Part shown: in pieces, positions 27,479 through 36,534 of the stretch
Layout: each line of letters opens with the position of its first letter
How positions within the stretch are numbered: the stretch's first letter is position 1
Assembly (NCBI GenBank): GCA_050250895.1
Contig: JBFWNU010000001.1
Location: forward strand, 3,616,149 to 3,680,148
Direction: 5' to 3'
Source: Vulcanimicrobiota bacterium
GTDB lineage: Bacteria > Vulcanimicrobiota > Xenobia > Xenobiales > JADMJV01
Length of the DNA stretch: 64,000 nt
Made by a program: the position numbers and the translations under genes
Notes under the pieces: model-generated
The model's input: only the letters and a program-made list of their open reading frames with translations
The model's database searches: none
What the model was told of the DNA's origin: nothing

Positions 27479-29245
27479 TCATAACCAGAAAGTCGCTCCC
27501 AGCACGGCCGCTAGGGTCCAGGCGAATAGCCCGGCCACATAGAGATATAGCTTGCCGTTCTGGAGCTGACCCAGGCCCTTTCCGGCCACCGCCAACTCGA
27601 AGGCACCGCGGTCTACCCAGTGGCGCCACAATCGGCCGTCCACCGCCCCGGCAAATTTGGCCGTGCCGAGGGTGAGTCGGCCCAGCAGACGGCTGGTGCC
27701 GTCGAAAGCTTTCTCTGTCCCGACCTCGAAATAGCCGCCAGACTGTACCTTGCGGGCGGTCCAGACGGCGGTCTCGGCCAGAATGTGCTCGCACCAACCG
27801 GCCGCTCGGGCCAACATCGTGGCCGCTCTGGCCGTGCCCCCGGCAGCCTGTTGAAGGCCGGTGGCCAACCAGCCAAAAGGTTGAGGGGCCGCCCCCAGCC
27901 CGGCCCCTCCGACCAGCCCGGCTAGACCGCAGGCCGGGCCCGCGAGCTTGAGCCACAAAGGGGTGGGGGGATGGCCGGCGATGGCCGGGCCGAGGCCGGT
28001 GGCGGCCGCCGCCAGGATCAGGGCGGGAAGACTGCGCCCCAGGCCCGGACTTTCGAAGGCTCTCGAGCCCTGGCTGAAGAGGGTTCCCAAAAGGCGGCCC
28101 ATGTAGACACCGGCCAGCAGGATCAGCAACAGCATCAAGCCCGGCCAGGGCGCGCCCTGGCGGTGAGCCAGCGCGAGGATGCGGTCTTCGCTGAAATAGC
28201 CTGAGAGAGGGAAGATTCCGGCCAGGGCCAGCCCGGCTAACAGCATGGCTACGCCGACCATGGGCAGGCGTCGCCCCGCGCCGGCCAGCTTGCCCAGGGA
28301 GCGGGTACCCCCGGCGTGCTCCAGGCACCCGGCCCCTAAGAACAACGCCCCTTTGAAACTGCCGTGGGCCAGCAGGTGGGCGATTGCCGCGGCCGGGCCG
28401 GCCAGCCCCAGGGCCACCATCATCTCGCCTAGTTGGGAAACGGTCGACCAGGCCAGAATTGCCTTGAGATCGTCGGCCGAGGTGGCTGCCAGCGCCCCAA
28501 CCAGGGCTGTGGCCGCCCCCAGCACGGCCAGCGGCATCAGCAACTCGTCTAAAAGTGCAGAGAAGCGCACCAACAGATAGACTCCGGCCGTCACCATGGT
28601 GGCCGCATGCAGCAGGGCCGAGACAGGTGTCGGTGCAGCCATGGCTTTGGGTAGCCAGGAGGAGAAGGGCAGCTGAGCGCTCTTGCCCAGAGCTGCCAAC
28701 ACCAGCAGCCCGGCCAACAGGCGCGAACCGGGGGGGATGGCGGCCATCTCGGTGGTTTGGTACTGGACCAGCGCGTAGGCAAGGCCTAGCAGCAAGCACA
28801 GGTCGGTGGCCCGGGTCATCAGCAGGGCCTGGCGAGCGGCCGCGGCCGAACCGTAGCCGATCAGCATGAACGACGCGAGCCCGACTGCCTCCCAGGCGAA
28901 AAAGAGCAGCACCGTCGAGCCTGAGAGAAAGAGCAGCGCCATGGCCCCCACAAAGAAGGATAACCAGCCGTAGAATCCGCTGCTGCTATCGTCCTGGGCT
29001 GCGTACACGGCTACCAGCAGCGCCACTCCAAAGAGTAGCAGCAGCAGGCTGCGGGCCAGGGGGTCTAAGGTCAGGATCAGTTCCAGGTCGAATCCCGACA
29101 CCGAGAACCACAAAACCCTCCAATCGCTGTCGGGCAGAGCGGCCAGACCGAGCAGGGCCAGACCACTGGCCACCGGCAGGGCCCAGCGGTGGCGCACCAG
29201 GGCCGCCACCCAGGCCAGAGCTGGTAGAAGCCACAGGCTGGTCAT
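27479..29245 (-). CDS. nuoL: NADH-quinone oxidoreductase subunit L-like
   Basis: FAWEAVGLASF.LIG, GKSAQLPF..WLP.AM.APTPVSALLHAATMVTAGVYL, HGSFKGALFL, QLQNG.LY.Y; ATG 29245. Confidence 0.95.
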   Translation of the reverse strand: MTSLWLLPALAWVAALVRHRWALPVASGLALLGLAALPDSDWRVLWFSVSGFDLELILTLDPLARSLLLLLFGVALLVAVYAAQDDSSSGFYGWLSFFVGAMALLFLSGSTVLLFFAWEAVGLASFMLIGYGSAAAARQALLMTRATDLCLLLGLAYALVQYQTTEMAAIPPGSRLLAGLLVLAALGKSAQLPFSSWLPKAMAAPTPVSALLHAATMVTAGVYLLVRFSALLDELLMPLAVLGAATALVGALAATSADDLKAILAWSTVSQLGEMMVALGLAGPAAAIAHLLAHGSFKGALFLGAGCLEHAGGTRSLGKLAGAGRRLPMVGVAMLLAGLALAGIFPLSGYFSEDRILALAHRQGAPWPGLMLLLILLAGVYMGRLLGTLFSQGSRAFESPGLGRSLPALILAAAATGLGPAIAGHPPTPLWLKLAGPACGLAGLVGGAGLGAAPQPFGWLATGLQQAAGGTARAATMLARAAGWCEHILAETAVWTARKVQSGGYFEVGTEKAFDGTSRLLGRLTLGTAKFAGAVDGRLWRHWVDRGAFELAVAGKGLGQLQNGKLYLYVAGLFAWTLAAVLGATFWL

Positions 29246-29550
29246 CCCGATAGCTCCGAGAACTTGTCGATCTGCACGGTGCGTCGATTGCGATAGAACA
29301 ACATCATCAAAGCCAGTCCCACGCCCATTTCGACGGCTCCTACGGTGACGATGACGATGGTGAAGATCTGCCCTGAATAGTCGCCGGGATTGACCAATCT
29401 CCAGAAAGCGACCAGGTTGAGGCCGATGGCATTGAGCAAGACCTCGATACCCATCAAGATCATGACGGCGGTCCGCTGGGCTAGCACGGCGTACACGCCG
29501 ATACCGAACAGGATGGCCCCCACCACCAGATAAGCGGTCAAGGGGATCAT
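29242..29550 (-). CDS. nuoK: NADH-quinone oxidoreductase subunit K-like
   Basis: ILFGIGVYAVL, MGIEVLLNA, GQIF, GAVEMGVGLA. Confidence 0.95.
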   Translation of the reverse strand: MIPLTAYLVVGAILFGIGVYAVLAQRTAVMILMGIEVLLNAIGLNLVAFWRLVNPGDYSGQIFTIVIVTVGAVEMGVGLALMMLFYRNRRTVQIDKFSELSG

Positions 29551-30197
29551 GAGGTGATCTCCGGAGGCGGCTCGTCGACTGCCACATAAGCTTCTCGACT
29601 GGGGTCATCGGGATGGCTGGTGGGTCGAGCCGCGTAAACAGCGCCAAAGATGCCCGTGAGGATCAACAGCCCCGCACCTTCGAACCCGAGCATATACTTG
29701 CCCATCAGCAAGTTTCCCACTTGGCGAGGAGAGTCGAGGTCGGGCCGCTGATCGCGCACGGGGAAGGCGGGTTTCCAGAGGAGCAGGATCGTCAGGCCCA
29801 TCGCGCTCAACATCCCCATCCAGGCCGCTGGCTGCTTGATGGGCGTGGTCATGCTCATGTCCATATCCATATCTCCCTCGTGCTCGGACGGCTTGATTCC
29901 GAGACTGAAGAACCTTTCGACCGGGTTCATCTCCATGTCGGCCATCATCGCCCCTCCAGGGTCCCCCGAGAACAAGACCATGTAGAGGATCATCACCAGC
30001 ATCCCCCCGACGTACATCATGACCTGCAGCAGCGCCAGCAGGTCGGCCTGGAGAAGCACGAACAGGCCTGCCACGCCGATAAAGGAAGCCATTAGAAAGA
30101 TGCCGCTCCGAAACATGCTCATGGTCGTTGCCATGCCGAGGGCCCCGGCGATGCTAATCAGAGCGCAAACCACGAAGGCTACCCATTGGAACGTCAT
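29547..30197 (-). CDS. nuoJ: NADH-quinone oxidoreductase subunit J-like with Met/His-rich loop
   Basis: LFVLLQADLLALLQVMMYVGGMLV, YMLGFEGAGLLIL; ATG 30197 overlaps the nuoH stop. Confidence 0.9.
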   Translation of the reverse strand: MTFQWVAFVVCALISIAGALGMATTMSMFRSGIFLMASFIGVAGLFVLLQADLLALLQVMMYVGGMLVMILYMVLFSGDPGGAMMADMEMNPVERFFSLGIKPSEHEGDMDMDMSMTTPIKQPAAWMGMLSAMGLTILLLWKPAFPVRDQRPDLDSPRQVGNLLMGKYMLGFEGAGLLILTGIFGAVYAARPTSHPDDPSREAYVAVDEPPPEITS

Positions 30198-31090
30198 GCT
30201 GGACCCACTCCTAGTAGAATGAGGCCCCCTACCACCAGCACGTTGACCAGGCCGATGGGAGTGAGAACCTTCCAGGACAATTCCAGCATACGAGCCGTGC
30301 TCAGAGGTTGAAATTGGCGACCGAGCCAGACCATCAGGGCGGCCATGGCCAGAGTTTTGAGCACCATCCAGAGCCAGCCCGGCAGCACGGGGCCAAGCCA
30401 GCCGCCCAGAAAGAGGACGGCCCCCATGGCCGCAACCACGAATAACAGGCCCGCTAAGGAGAGCTTCCACATCAAGGCCTTCCAGCCCCCATAAAGGGGC
30501 AGCAGGCCGTGATCGATGGTGCCCGCCAAAGCTTCTTGAAACGGTGCCCGAAAGCATTGCATGAGTCCCGTGACCAGGTAAAGGGCAAACCCGATCGGCT
30601 GGAGTAGGAGGAAGGGAAGTTGGCGCTGAGCTTCTACGATGGCGACGGTCGAGAGACTTCGGGCCATCATGATGGCCCCGATATAGGCCAACCCCAGCGG
30701 AACGACATAGGCCACCAGTTGAGCGGTGGCCCGATAATAGACCTCGACCCCGTTCCTCTGATTGGTGCCCCAGCCGCCCAGGGAAAGACCCAGTACGAAG
30801 ATGTCCACCACCACCAGAAAATAGAACACGCCGATGGTCAAGTCGGCCACTACCAGGCCGGGTCCGAAGGGAATGACCACGGCTCCCAGAGCCACGGACA
30901 TCAGCGCTAGAATCGGGCCGGCGGGATACATCCAGCGGTCGGCCCTGTCCGGTTGCTGATCTGGAGAGAGTTGAATGGAGGTAGCCGGTCCAGGGTCGGC
31001 GTGGGCCGGCAGCAGGCGCGTTTCGAGCCACCCGCAGGCCAGTGCGCCGAGCGCCAGGACCAACAGGGCGGTGAGGGCGGGTCCGATCAC
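30194..31090 (-). CDS. nuoH: NADH-quinone oxidoreductase subunit H-like (divergent, short)
   Basis: VIPFGP, DLTIGV, GGWGTN, RATAQLVAY, QPIGF, RAPF, LFLGGWLGP, SWKVLTP; GTG 31090. Confidence 0.9.
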   Translation of the reverse strand: MIGPALTALLVLALGALACGWLETRLLPAHADPGPATSIQLSPDQQPDRADRWMYPAGPILALMSVALGAVVIPFGPGLVVADLTIGVFYFLVVVDIFVLGLSLGGWGTNQRNGVEVYYRATAQLVAYVVPLGLAYIGAIMMARSLSTVAIVEAQRQLPFLLLQPIGFALYLVTGLMQCFRAPFQEALAGTIDHGLLPLYGGWKALMWKLSLAGLLFVVAAMGAVLFLGGWLGPVLPGWLWMVLKTLAMAALMVWLGRQFQPLSTARMLELSWKVLTPIGLVNVLVVGGLILLGVGPA

Positions 31091-31404
31091 TCCCACCGAA
31101 GACCCCCCTGGCCCCAGGCGTAGGCGATGCCGGCCGAGAGAATGGCGATGAAGACCAGCATGTCCAGAAAAGCGCTCACCCCGATGTCGGCGAAGACCAC
31201 TCCCCACGGATACATGAAGATCATCTCCATGTCGAAGGAGAGAAAGATGAGAGAAAAAACGACGAAGCCGAAACGGTAGTTCTTCCAGGCCGGGTCTGGC
31301 TCGGGATGCTTGACCTCCCAGCCCGACAAAGCGGCTGCCAATAGCGCCAGTCCGGCTACCATCAAGATGACCATGGCGACGACGGCGTAGTGGTGAGAGA
31401 GCAT
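31087..31404 (-). CDS. nuoA: NADH-quinone oxidoreductase subunit A-like
   Basis: IFLSFDMEMIFMYPW, AYAWGQGGLRWE; ATG 31404. Confidence 0.9.
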   Translation of the reverse strand: MLSHHYAVVAMVILMVAGLALLAAALSGWEVKHPEPDPAWKNYRFGFVVFSLIFLSFDMEMIFMYPWGVVFADIGVSAFLDMLVFIAILSAGIAYAWGQGGLRWE

Positions 31405-31411
31405 CCTCTCG

Positions 31412-31469
31412 ATCCTAGAGGTGAGGGGAAAGCCCCGTCCGCATCGGGTGGGATGGGACCGGGGCATCC
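31412..31469 (-). promoter_or_regulatory. Putative regulon promoter of the nuo-like operon (perfect GGAT-N11-ATCC + TAGGAT -10)
   Basis: Box 31451-31469 (GGGATG...CATCCC), -10 31412-31417, gap 33 bp, ATG 7 nt after the -10. Confidence 0.75.
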
Positions 31470-31482
31470 CCGAGTTCGGATC

Positions 31483-32020
31483 CTACGCTTGTTGTCTGCC
31501 CGCGACGACTCGTCCATCTTTAGAGGGATGGTGGACCGCCCCTGAGGTCGACCCCGCCGGGGGGGAATTGTAGACCATGGTGCGATGGGTGTGGGCGGCC
31601 ATCGCCTTTTCTACCCCTTCCGGAAACAGCTTATGAAAGGCCATCGCGACCTTGCCCGCGCCTCCCACCACGACTTCCGGCTCAGGGTCGAAAATCAACT
31701 GTGGTGGTCGGCCACTGGCACGTCTTCAAAGCGTCCCAGAGCGGACACCCCTGCATTGTTGATCCAGACATCGATATGGCCAAAACGTTGCATGGCCGCC
31801 CCGGCCCGGGCCTCGACCTGCTCGGGACGACTGACGTCGGTGGGGACGGCCAGCGTCTGTCCTCCGCGCCGCTGGCACTCGCGCGCGATGTCTTCTAACG
31901 TGTCGTGACTGCGGGCGGCTAGAACCTGGGCTGTAGTTCGGCCAGCTTGAGGGCGGCGCCTTCGCCGAAGCCGCTAGAGGCGCCGGTGATGACCACGGTT
32001 TTGTTGTTAAGATCCTTCAT
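31483..32020 (-). pseudogene. SDR family oxidoreductase pseudogene
   Basis: MKDLNNKTVVITGASSGFG, frameshift near 31925, VLAARS...IDVWINNAGV...stop, then a C-terminal fragment; the YxxxK catalytic segment is deleted. Confidence 0.85.
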
Positions 32021-32039
32021 GTATCTCCTCATTTCTAGC

Positions 32040-32294
32040 TCACCTGCAGCATTCTTCACCCTCGACCATGACGTTGGCCCAGCGGGGCAGTTGGGAGCGC
32101 AGCTTGGCATAGGCGGCCGATCCCTGGCGGGCGCAAAGTTCGACCCTGGTGAGGTCGAGAAGCAGGCGGTCCCGATCGGGAAAGGCCGCCAGCCAATCGA
32201 GCAACCGGTCAGCGGTTTGGTGGTCCAGGACCCCGGTCACACAACCCTCAAATCCTCGCCTGTCAAAGTTGATATTGAGCTCGATCGTTCGCAT
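32040..32294 (-). CDS. STAS-like (anti-sigma factor antagonist fold) small protein
   Basis: VTGVLDHQTA..L, LLLDLTRVE pattern; AGGAGA RBS. Confidence 0.6.
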   Translation of the reverse strand: MRTIELNINFDRRGFEGCVTGVLDHQTADRLLDWLAAFPDRDRLLLDLTRVELCARQGSAAYAKLRSQLPRWANVMVEGEECCR

Positions 32295-32334
32295 CGCGCC
32301 TCTCCTTTCGTTGCCGTCCGTGCCTCGTTTGGTG

Positions 32335-32391
32335 AGTCTAATCATCAGGCGGGCTACTTCCCAGCCTCTAGCGTATCTGGCGATGACATCC
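32335..32391 (-). promoter_or_regulatory. Putative regulon promoter (GGAT-N11-ATAC + TAGACT -10)
   Basis: Box 32373-32391, -10 32335-32340, gap 32 bp. Confidence 0.7.
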
Positions 32392-32435
32392 GCCGGGTGG
32401 GGAACCATGGTGGCCGACCTGGGCGCCCATGTGGG

Positions 32436-32933
32436 TCAGTCGGTGGGGTCGGCCACCATGACATCGGCCGGGTCGGCCACGATGAAGACGAACTTTTGGC
32501 GGTCGAGTTCCATCCGAGCCGAGGGGCCCAGCCGATTAGGGGGGACCGTGCTCGCTGGTCTCAACCGGCCTTCGACGGTCAGTTCGAGACCGGTCTCGAG
32601 GCGAGGCTGTGGGGTTTCGAAGATGACCAGCAGCGGGTTGTCACCCGTCTCACTGCTCAGCCTGGCTGCCTGGTTGTCAAGAAACTCGTCGACCCGGCCG
32701 GTCAAGGTGATACTGCCCTGCTGGTAGCGTTGAGGGTGGGCCAACAAGGCAGCGATGGTGGTCTGTCCGGCAGCGGGGGTGGCCCAGGTGGTCTTCAGCC
32801 CGTCATTTCCGCCACTGCGCCAGGCCCAGCCGAACAACGCCAGCAAGACTGCCAGCCCGACCATACCCCAGAACCATTTCGTTCGGGTGGTAGGTCTGTT
32901 CGGGCTGGCAGCCATGGAGGAATGGGTTGGCAA
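32436..32933 (-). CDS. Hypothetical membrane-anchored protein (OB-fold-like)
   Basis: One TM helix then TTIAALLAHPQRY...ITLTGRV...VEGRL pattern; start uncertain. Confidence 0.6.
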   Translation of the reverse strand: MPTHSSMAASPNRPTTRTKWFWGMVGLAVLLALFGWAWRSGGNDGLKTTWATPAAGQTTIAALLAHPQRYQQGSITLTGRVDEFLDNQAARLSSETGDNPLLVIFETPQPRLETGLELTVEGRLRPASTVPPNRLGPSARMELDRQKFVFIVADPADVMVADPTD

Positions 32934-32945
32934 TCGCAGCCGCTG

Positions 32946-34166
32946 CTAGCCAGTGGTGGCTTCGAGTTCGGATTGAACCTGCGATGTTCGGCGCATGGCT
33001 TTGGGGTCGAGCACCGTCTTGATGCACCCGTCGGCCTTTTCTGAAAAGCGCTGATAAGCCTCGGCGGCGTTCTCGAGCGGGTCGCGATGAGTGATAAGGA
33101 AGGTCGGGTCGATCTCGTTGGCCTGGATCTTCTCGAGCAAAGGCTTGAGATAACGATGAACATGGGTCTGTCCCATTTTCAGGGTCAAGCCTTTGGCGAA
33201 GGCCGCTCCGAACGGCAGCTTGTCCAGCATCCCTCCATAAACGCCCGGGATGGACACCACGCCCCCCTTGCGGCAGACCTGCAACGCCTGACGCAAGACA
33301 TTGGGGCGGTCGGTGGCCAGATGCAAGGTGTCCTTAACGTGGTCATAGATAGCGCCCGGGCCAGTGCCGTGAGCCTCCAAACCGACAGCGTCGATGCAGG
33401 CATCGGGACCGCGGCCGCCGGTCAGCTCGGGCAGCCTGGTGAGAGGGTTGTGTTGATTATAATCGACGGTGATGGCGCCGATGGTGTTGGCCAGTTCTAG
33501 GCGTTCGGGCACGCTGTCGATGGCGATGACCCGCTCTGCCCCTAGCATCTGGGCGCTCTTGATGGCGAACAGTCCCACCGGCCCGCAGCCCCAAACAGCG
33601 ATCGTATCGCCATCCCGAATCGAGCAGTTCTCGGCGGCCTGGTAACCGGTGGGAAAGATGTCGGATAAGAACAGAGCCTGTTCGTCGCTGATCCCTTCGG
33701 GCACCTTGATGGGACCCACATCGGCATAGGGCACCCGGACCAGTTCGGCCTGGCCTCCGGCGTAGCCCCCGAGCAAATGCGAATAGCCGAACAAGCCTGA
33801 CGGTGAGTGGCCGTACACTTTATTGGCCAGAACGACGTTGGGGTTAGAGTTGTCACACAAAGACCACAGGTCGCGTTCGCAGAAGAAGCAATTTCCGCAA
33901 GCGATGGTGAAAGGCACCACTACCCGGTCTCCCTTCTTGAGGCGACGCACGTTCTTGCCGACCTCGACTACCCGTCCCATGAATTCGTGGCCGAGAATAT
34001 CTCCGGTCTCCATAGTGGGGATGTAGCCGTGATAAAGATGCAGATCCGAACCACAGATGGCGGTCGCGGTCACCTCGATGATAGCGTCACCAGGGTTGAG
34101 GATCTGCGGGTCGGGCACCGTTTCTACCCGAACGTCTTTGACCCCGTGAAAAACTAGCGCTTTCAT
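32946..34166 (-). CDS. Zinc-dependent alcohol/formaldehyde dehydrogenase (YbdR/FdhA-like)
   Basis: ICGSDLH, GHEFMG, CGNCFFC...[26 protein letters not shown]. Confidence 0.95.
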   Translation of the reverse strand: MKALVFHGVKDVRVETVPDPQILNPGDAIIEVTATAICGSDLHLYHGYIPTMETGDILGHEFMGRVVEVGKNVRRLKKGDRVVVPFTIACGNCFFCERDLWSLCDNSNPNVVLANKVYGHSPSGLFGYSHLLGGYAGGQAELVRVPYADVGPIKVPEGISDEQALFLSDIFPTGYQAAENCSIRDGDTIAVWGCGPVGLFAIKSAQMLGAERVIAIDSVPERLELANTIGAITVDYNQHNPLTRLPELTGGRGPDACIDAVGLEAHGTGPGAIYDHVKDTLHLATDRPNVLRQALQVCRKGGVVSIPGVYGGMLDKLPFGAAFAKGLTLKMGQTHVHRYLKPLLEKIQANEIDPTFLITHRDPLENAAEAYQRFSEKADGCIKTVLDPKAMRRTSQVQSELEATTG

Positions 34167-34858
34167 CCGTTCAACCTTTCCCGGCCGGCTCCCATGGGTT
34201 GTCCCTCGATGGTAGGGGCCTCGCCGACCTCTAAGTGAGATTTCAGTTGCCAGAGGGCTCGCTCCAGCGTTTCGTGGGGCTCGTCTCCGGTCAGCCGCGC
34301 GAGAGTAGCGGTGAGATTCCCTCCGGGCACTCGATAGGCGAGACTGACTTTCAGGACCGTTCCCCGGGCACTTTCCGAAAGATCGATTGTGCCCCAGTTG
34401 TCGATATCGCCCTCGATGGTCTCCCAGGACAGGCTTCGTCCAGGCTCTATCTCGAGCAATCGGGCCGTCCAGCGGTAGGTGCCTGCCGGCCCCGAGACGC
34501 TAAAGCGATAGGTGCCGTCGTCTTGTCTCTGGCTCACTATCACCGGACCGGTGAGTCGAGCCAGATCGTGGACATCTTGGAGGAAGAACCGGAAGATTTC
34601 TTCGGCGGGTTTGGCGATGGTCACTGACCGCGAGAAAGAGACGGTTCCCTCTTCTCCGCTCGCGCTCGAGTGTCCGAGCGCCTCGTATACATGGCAGTGT
34701 CCCGAGAGACCGCGATAGGTGAGGGCCGCCCCCACGGCCGTTCCGGTCCACGAGTTCCGCCAGGAGCGGGCTACCAGAAGGGCGCCCAGTCCCGCCGACA
34801 CTAATCGTTCCCAGTTGGCCACATTACGTCCGTTTTCTGATGTTGTCGTGTTCGTCAT
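34163..34858 (-). CDS. SRPBCC (cyclase/dehydrase) protein with N-terminal DUF2892 domain
   Basis: NVANWER..S...[14 protein letters not shown]; [29 protein letters not shown]. Confidence 0.9.
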   Translation of the reverse strand: MTNTTTSENGRNVANWERLVSAGLGALLVARSWRNSWTGTAVGAALTYRGLSGHCHVYEALGHSSASGEEGTVSFSRSVTIAKPAEEIFRFFLQDVHDLARLTGPVIVSQRQDDGTYRFSVSGPAGTYRWTARLLEIEPGRSLSWETIEGDIDNWGTIDLSESARGTVLKVSLAYRVPGGNLTATLARLTGDEPHETLERALWQLKSHLEVGEAPTIEGQPMGAGRERLNG

Positions 34859-34945
34859 GGCTAGCGGTTCGTCATCTCCATTCCTGCGTCGATTTCCTCG
34901 TCTTGAAATCTCATTCTCTACTCCTTATGTTTTAGATTCCGGTCC

Positions 34946-35002
34946 AGTCTAGCCTGATGCGACTCGCGCTCGCAGACGCACTCGGATGAACCGGCCGCAT
35001 CC
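34946..35002 (-). promoter_or_regulatory. Putative regulon promoter (perfect GGAT-N11-ATCC + TAGACT -10)
   Basis: Box 34984-35002, -10 34946-34951, gap 32 bp. Confidence 0.75.
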
Positions 35003-35031
35003 CCGGGTTACCCCTCGGTGGGGGGAACGGC

Positions 35032-35088
35032 GGATGCCCTCACCTCATCCGCAGGCGGGTGGCGACCATCGGCCGGCCCGCGTAGGCT
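35032..35088 (+). promoter_or_regulatory. Putative regulon promoter (perfect GGAT-N11-ATCC + TAGGCT -10)
   Basis: Box 35032-35050 (GCGGATG...CATCCGC), -10 35083-35088, gap 32 bp, GTG 6 nt after the -10. Confidence 0.75.
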
Positions 35089-35094
35089 GTCAGG

Positions 35095-36183
35095 GTGGTT
35101 CAGCATGGAGACAGACACCAGCCGTGGCAATGGGCGGCTGCCCTGGGGCTGCTCGTCGTCGTTTGGTGGTGCCGGCACGTCCTGTTGCTGTTGGGTCTGG
35201 CCCTGGTCCTGGCCGTGTTCTTGCACCGCATCATCTCTGGTCTGGAGCGGCTCTCGGGGCTCGGCTATCGGGTCTGTTTTGGCCTGGTGCTGGGGGGACT
35301 CTGTCTGGGTATCCTGGCCTCGAGTTGGACGGTGGGCTCCCAGGTGGTCGCCCAGACCCAGGGGTTGCTCGAGACGCTTCCATCCTCTCTGCGTCAAGTA
35401 GAGGCCGAACTGCGCCAACACCCGACTCTCTTGCGAGTCTATGAGGCGGTCAACGACTCCGTCGAGCAAGACTTCATTCTCGACCGGGCTATGGGTATCG
35501 GCTCGACCGCCGTGGGAGCGCTCACCGGGTCCGGTTTGGTGTTAGCCCTGGCCATCTATCTGGTGTTCGAGCCCGCCCTCTACCGCCGAGGCTTGCTGCA
35601 ACTCGTGCCTAGTTCACAACGTGGTCTGGTCGATCGGATGCTCAAGAGGCTTTATCAAGACATGACCAGCTATTTGTGGGCCACTCTCTACTCGATGGCC
35701 ATCATCGGCTTGCTGACCACGCTGGGGCTCTGGCTCATCGATCTGCCGATGTTTTTGGCCCTGGGCTTGTTAGCGGGATTGCTGGAATTCATTCCCTACC
35801 TCGGCCCTCTGCTCGCGGGCGTCCCCATCCTATTGGTTGCCTTCTCGGTGGGACCTGAGCAGACCATGTGGGCCTGCCTGTGTTACGCGGCCATCCAGTT
35901 GCTCGAGTCGTGGCTCATTACACCGATGGTGCATCGTGACATGGTGCGGCTACCTCCGGCCCTGACCCTGCTGTGCCAATCCCTGATGGCGGTTCTGTTC
36001 GGAGTGCTGGGCGTGGTGTTGGCGGCGCCTACCACTCGGACCCTGATGACCTCAGTGCAAGTGGTCCAACATCAGAAAGAGGGGTCCGACGCTTGGGCTC
36101 CTCCAGATGAGAGAGACGGCGCGCACCCGGGCCTCGAGCGAGGCCCGGGTGGCGTTGGTGTTAGTGGTTCCGGAGGGCACTGA
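35095..36183 (+). CDS. AI-2E family transporter
   Basis: LLEFIPYLGP, QLLESWLITP, LPPALTL, FGVLGVVLAAP. Confidence 0.92.
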   Translation: MVQHGDRHQPWQWAAALGLLVVVWWCRHVLLLLGLALVLAVFLHRIISGLERLSGLGYRVCFGLVLGGLCLGILASSWTVGSQVVAQTQGLLETLPSSLRQVEAELRQHPTLLRVYEAVNDSVEQDFILDRAMGIGSTAVGALTGSGLVLALAIYLVFEPALYRRGLLQLVPSSQRGLVDRMLKRLYQDMTSYLWATLYSMAIIGLLTTLGLWLIDLPMFLALGLLAGLLEFIPYLGPLLAGVPILLVAFSVGPEQTMWACLCYAAIQLLESWLITPMVHRDMVRLPPALTLLCQSLMAVLFGVLGVVLAAPTTRTLMTSVQVVQHQKEGSDAWAPPDERDGAHPGLERGPGGVGVSGSGGH

Positions 36184-36433
36184 TCAACTCGCTCTTGTTC
36201 ATCTGAGAGCGGCCGTCGATGTCTAGCTCCTTGGCGCGATCGTAGAGATCGTTCTTGGTCCAGTCTTCATATTTCTTCGAATGACCACCCCGTTTGCCAA
36301 CCGAGCTGCGGCCTTCGCGAGCGGCCTGATTGGCGATGCGGGCCGACTTCTCTTTGCTGTTGCCCTCTTCCCGAAGACGTTCGTAGAGTTTGTCGTCTTT
36401 GATCTGCGGTCCGTGGCTTTTACCTTTAGGCAT
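36161..36433 (-). CDS. Small basic protein with Rho-N-like C-terminal domain
   Basis: IKDDKLYERLREEGNSKEKSARIAN; YEDWTKNDLYDRAKELDIDGRSQMNKSELISALR; GAGGAG RBS. Confidence 0.85.
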   Translation of the reverse strand: MPKGKSHGPQIKDDKLYERLREEGNSKEKSARIANQAAREGRSSVGKRGGHSKKYEDWTKNDLYDRAKELDIDGRSQMNKSELISALRNH

Positions 36434-36463
36434 GGTGTTTCTCCTCATGTTGATGATGCTTCC

Positions 36464-36521
36464 AGCCTAGCCGGTTTTGGGCCGCGCTACCGAGCCTCAC
36501 CGGTATCCCACCGGCCCATCC
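36464..36521 (-). promoter_or_regulatory. Putative regulon promoter (GGAT-N11-ATAC + TAGGCT -10)
   Basis: Box 36503-36521, -10 36464-36469, gap 33 bp. Confidence 0.7.
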
Positions 36522-36534
36522 CCGGGCGCACCCA

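Noticed and set aside
24605-31404. Mrp/Mnh antiporter or hydrogenase-4 membrane module
   Set aside because: Contains NuoA and NuoH homologues in nuo gene order, and lacks MrpE/F/G and any hydrogenase subunits
27479-31467. Long N-terminal extensions of the nuoL/J/H/A ORFs in the ORF track
   Set aside because: They overlap upstream genes; ATGA/GTGA-coupled starts give family-typical lengths
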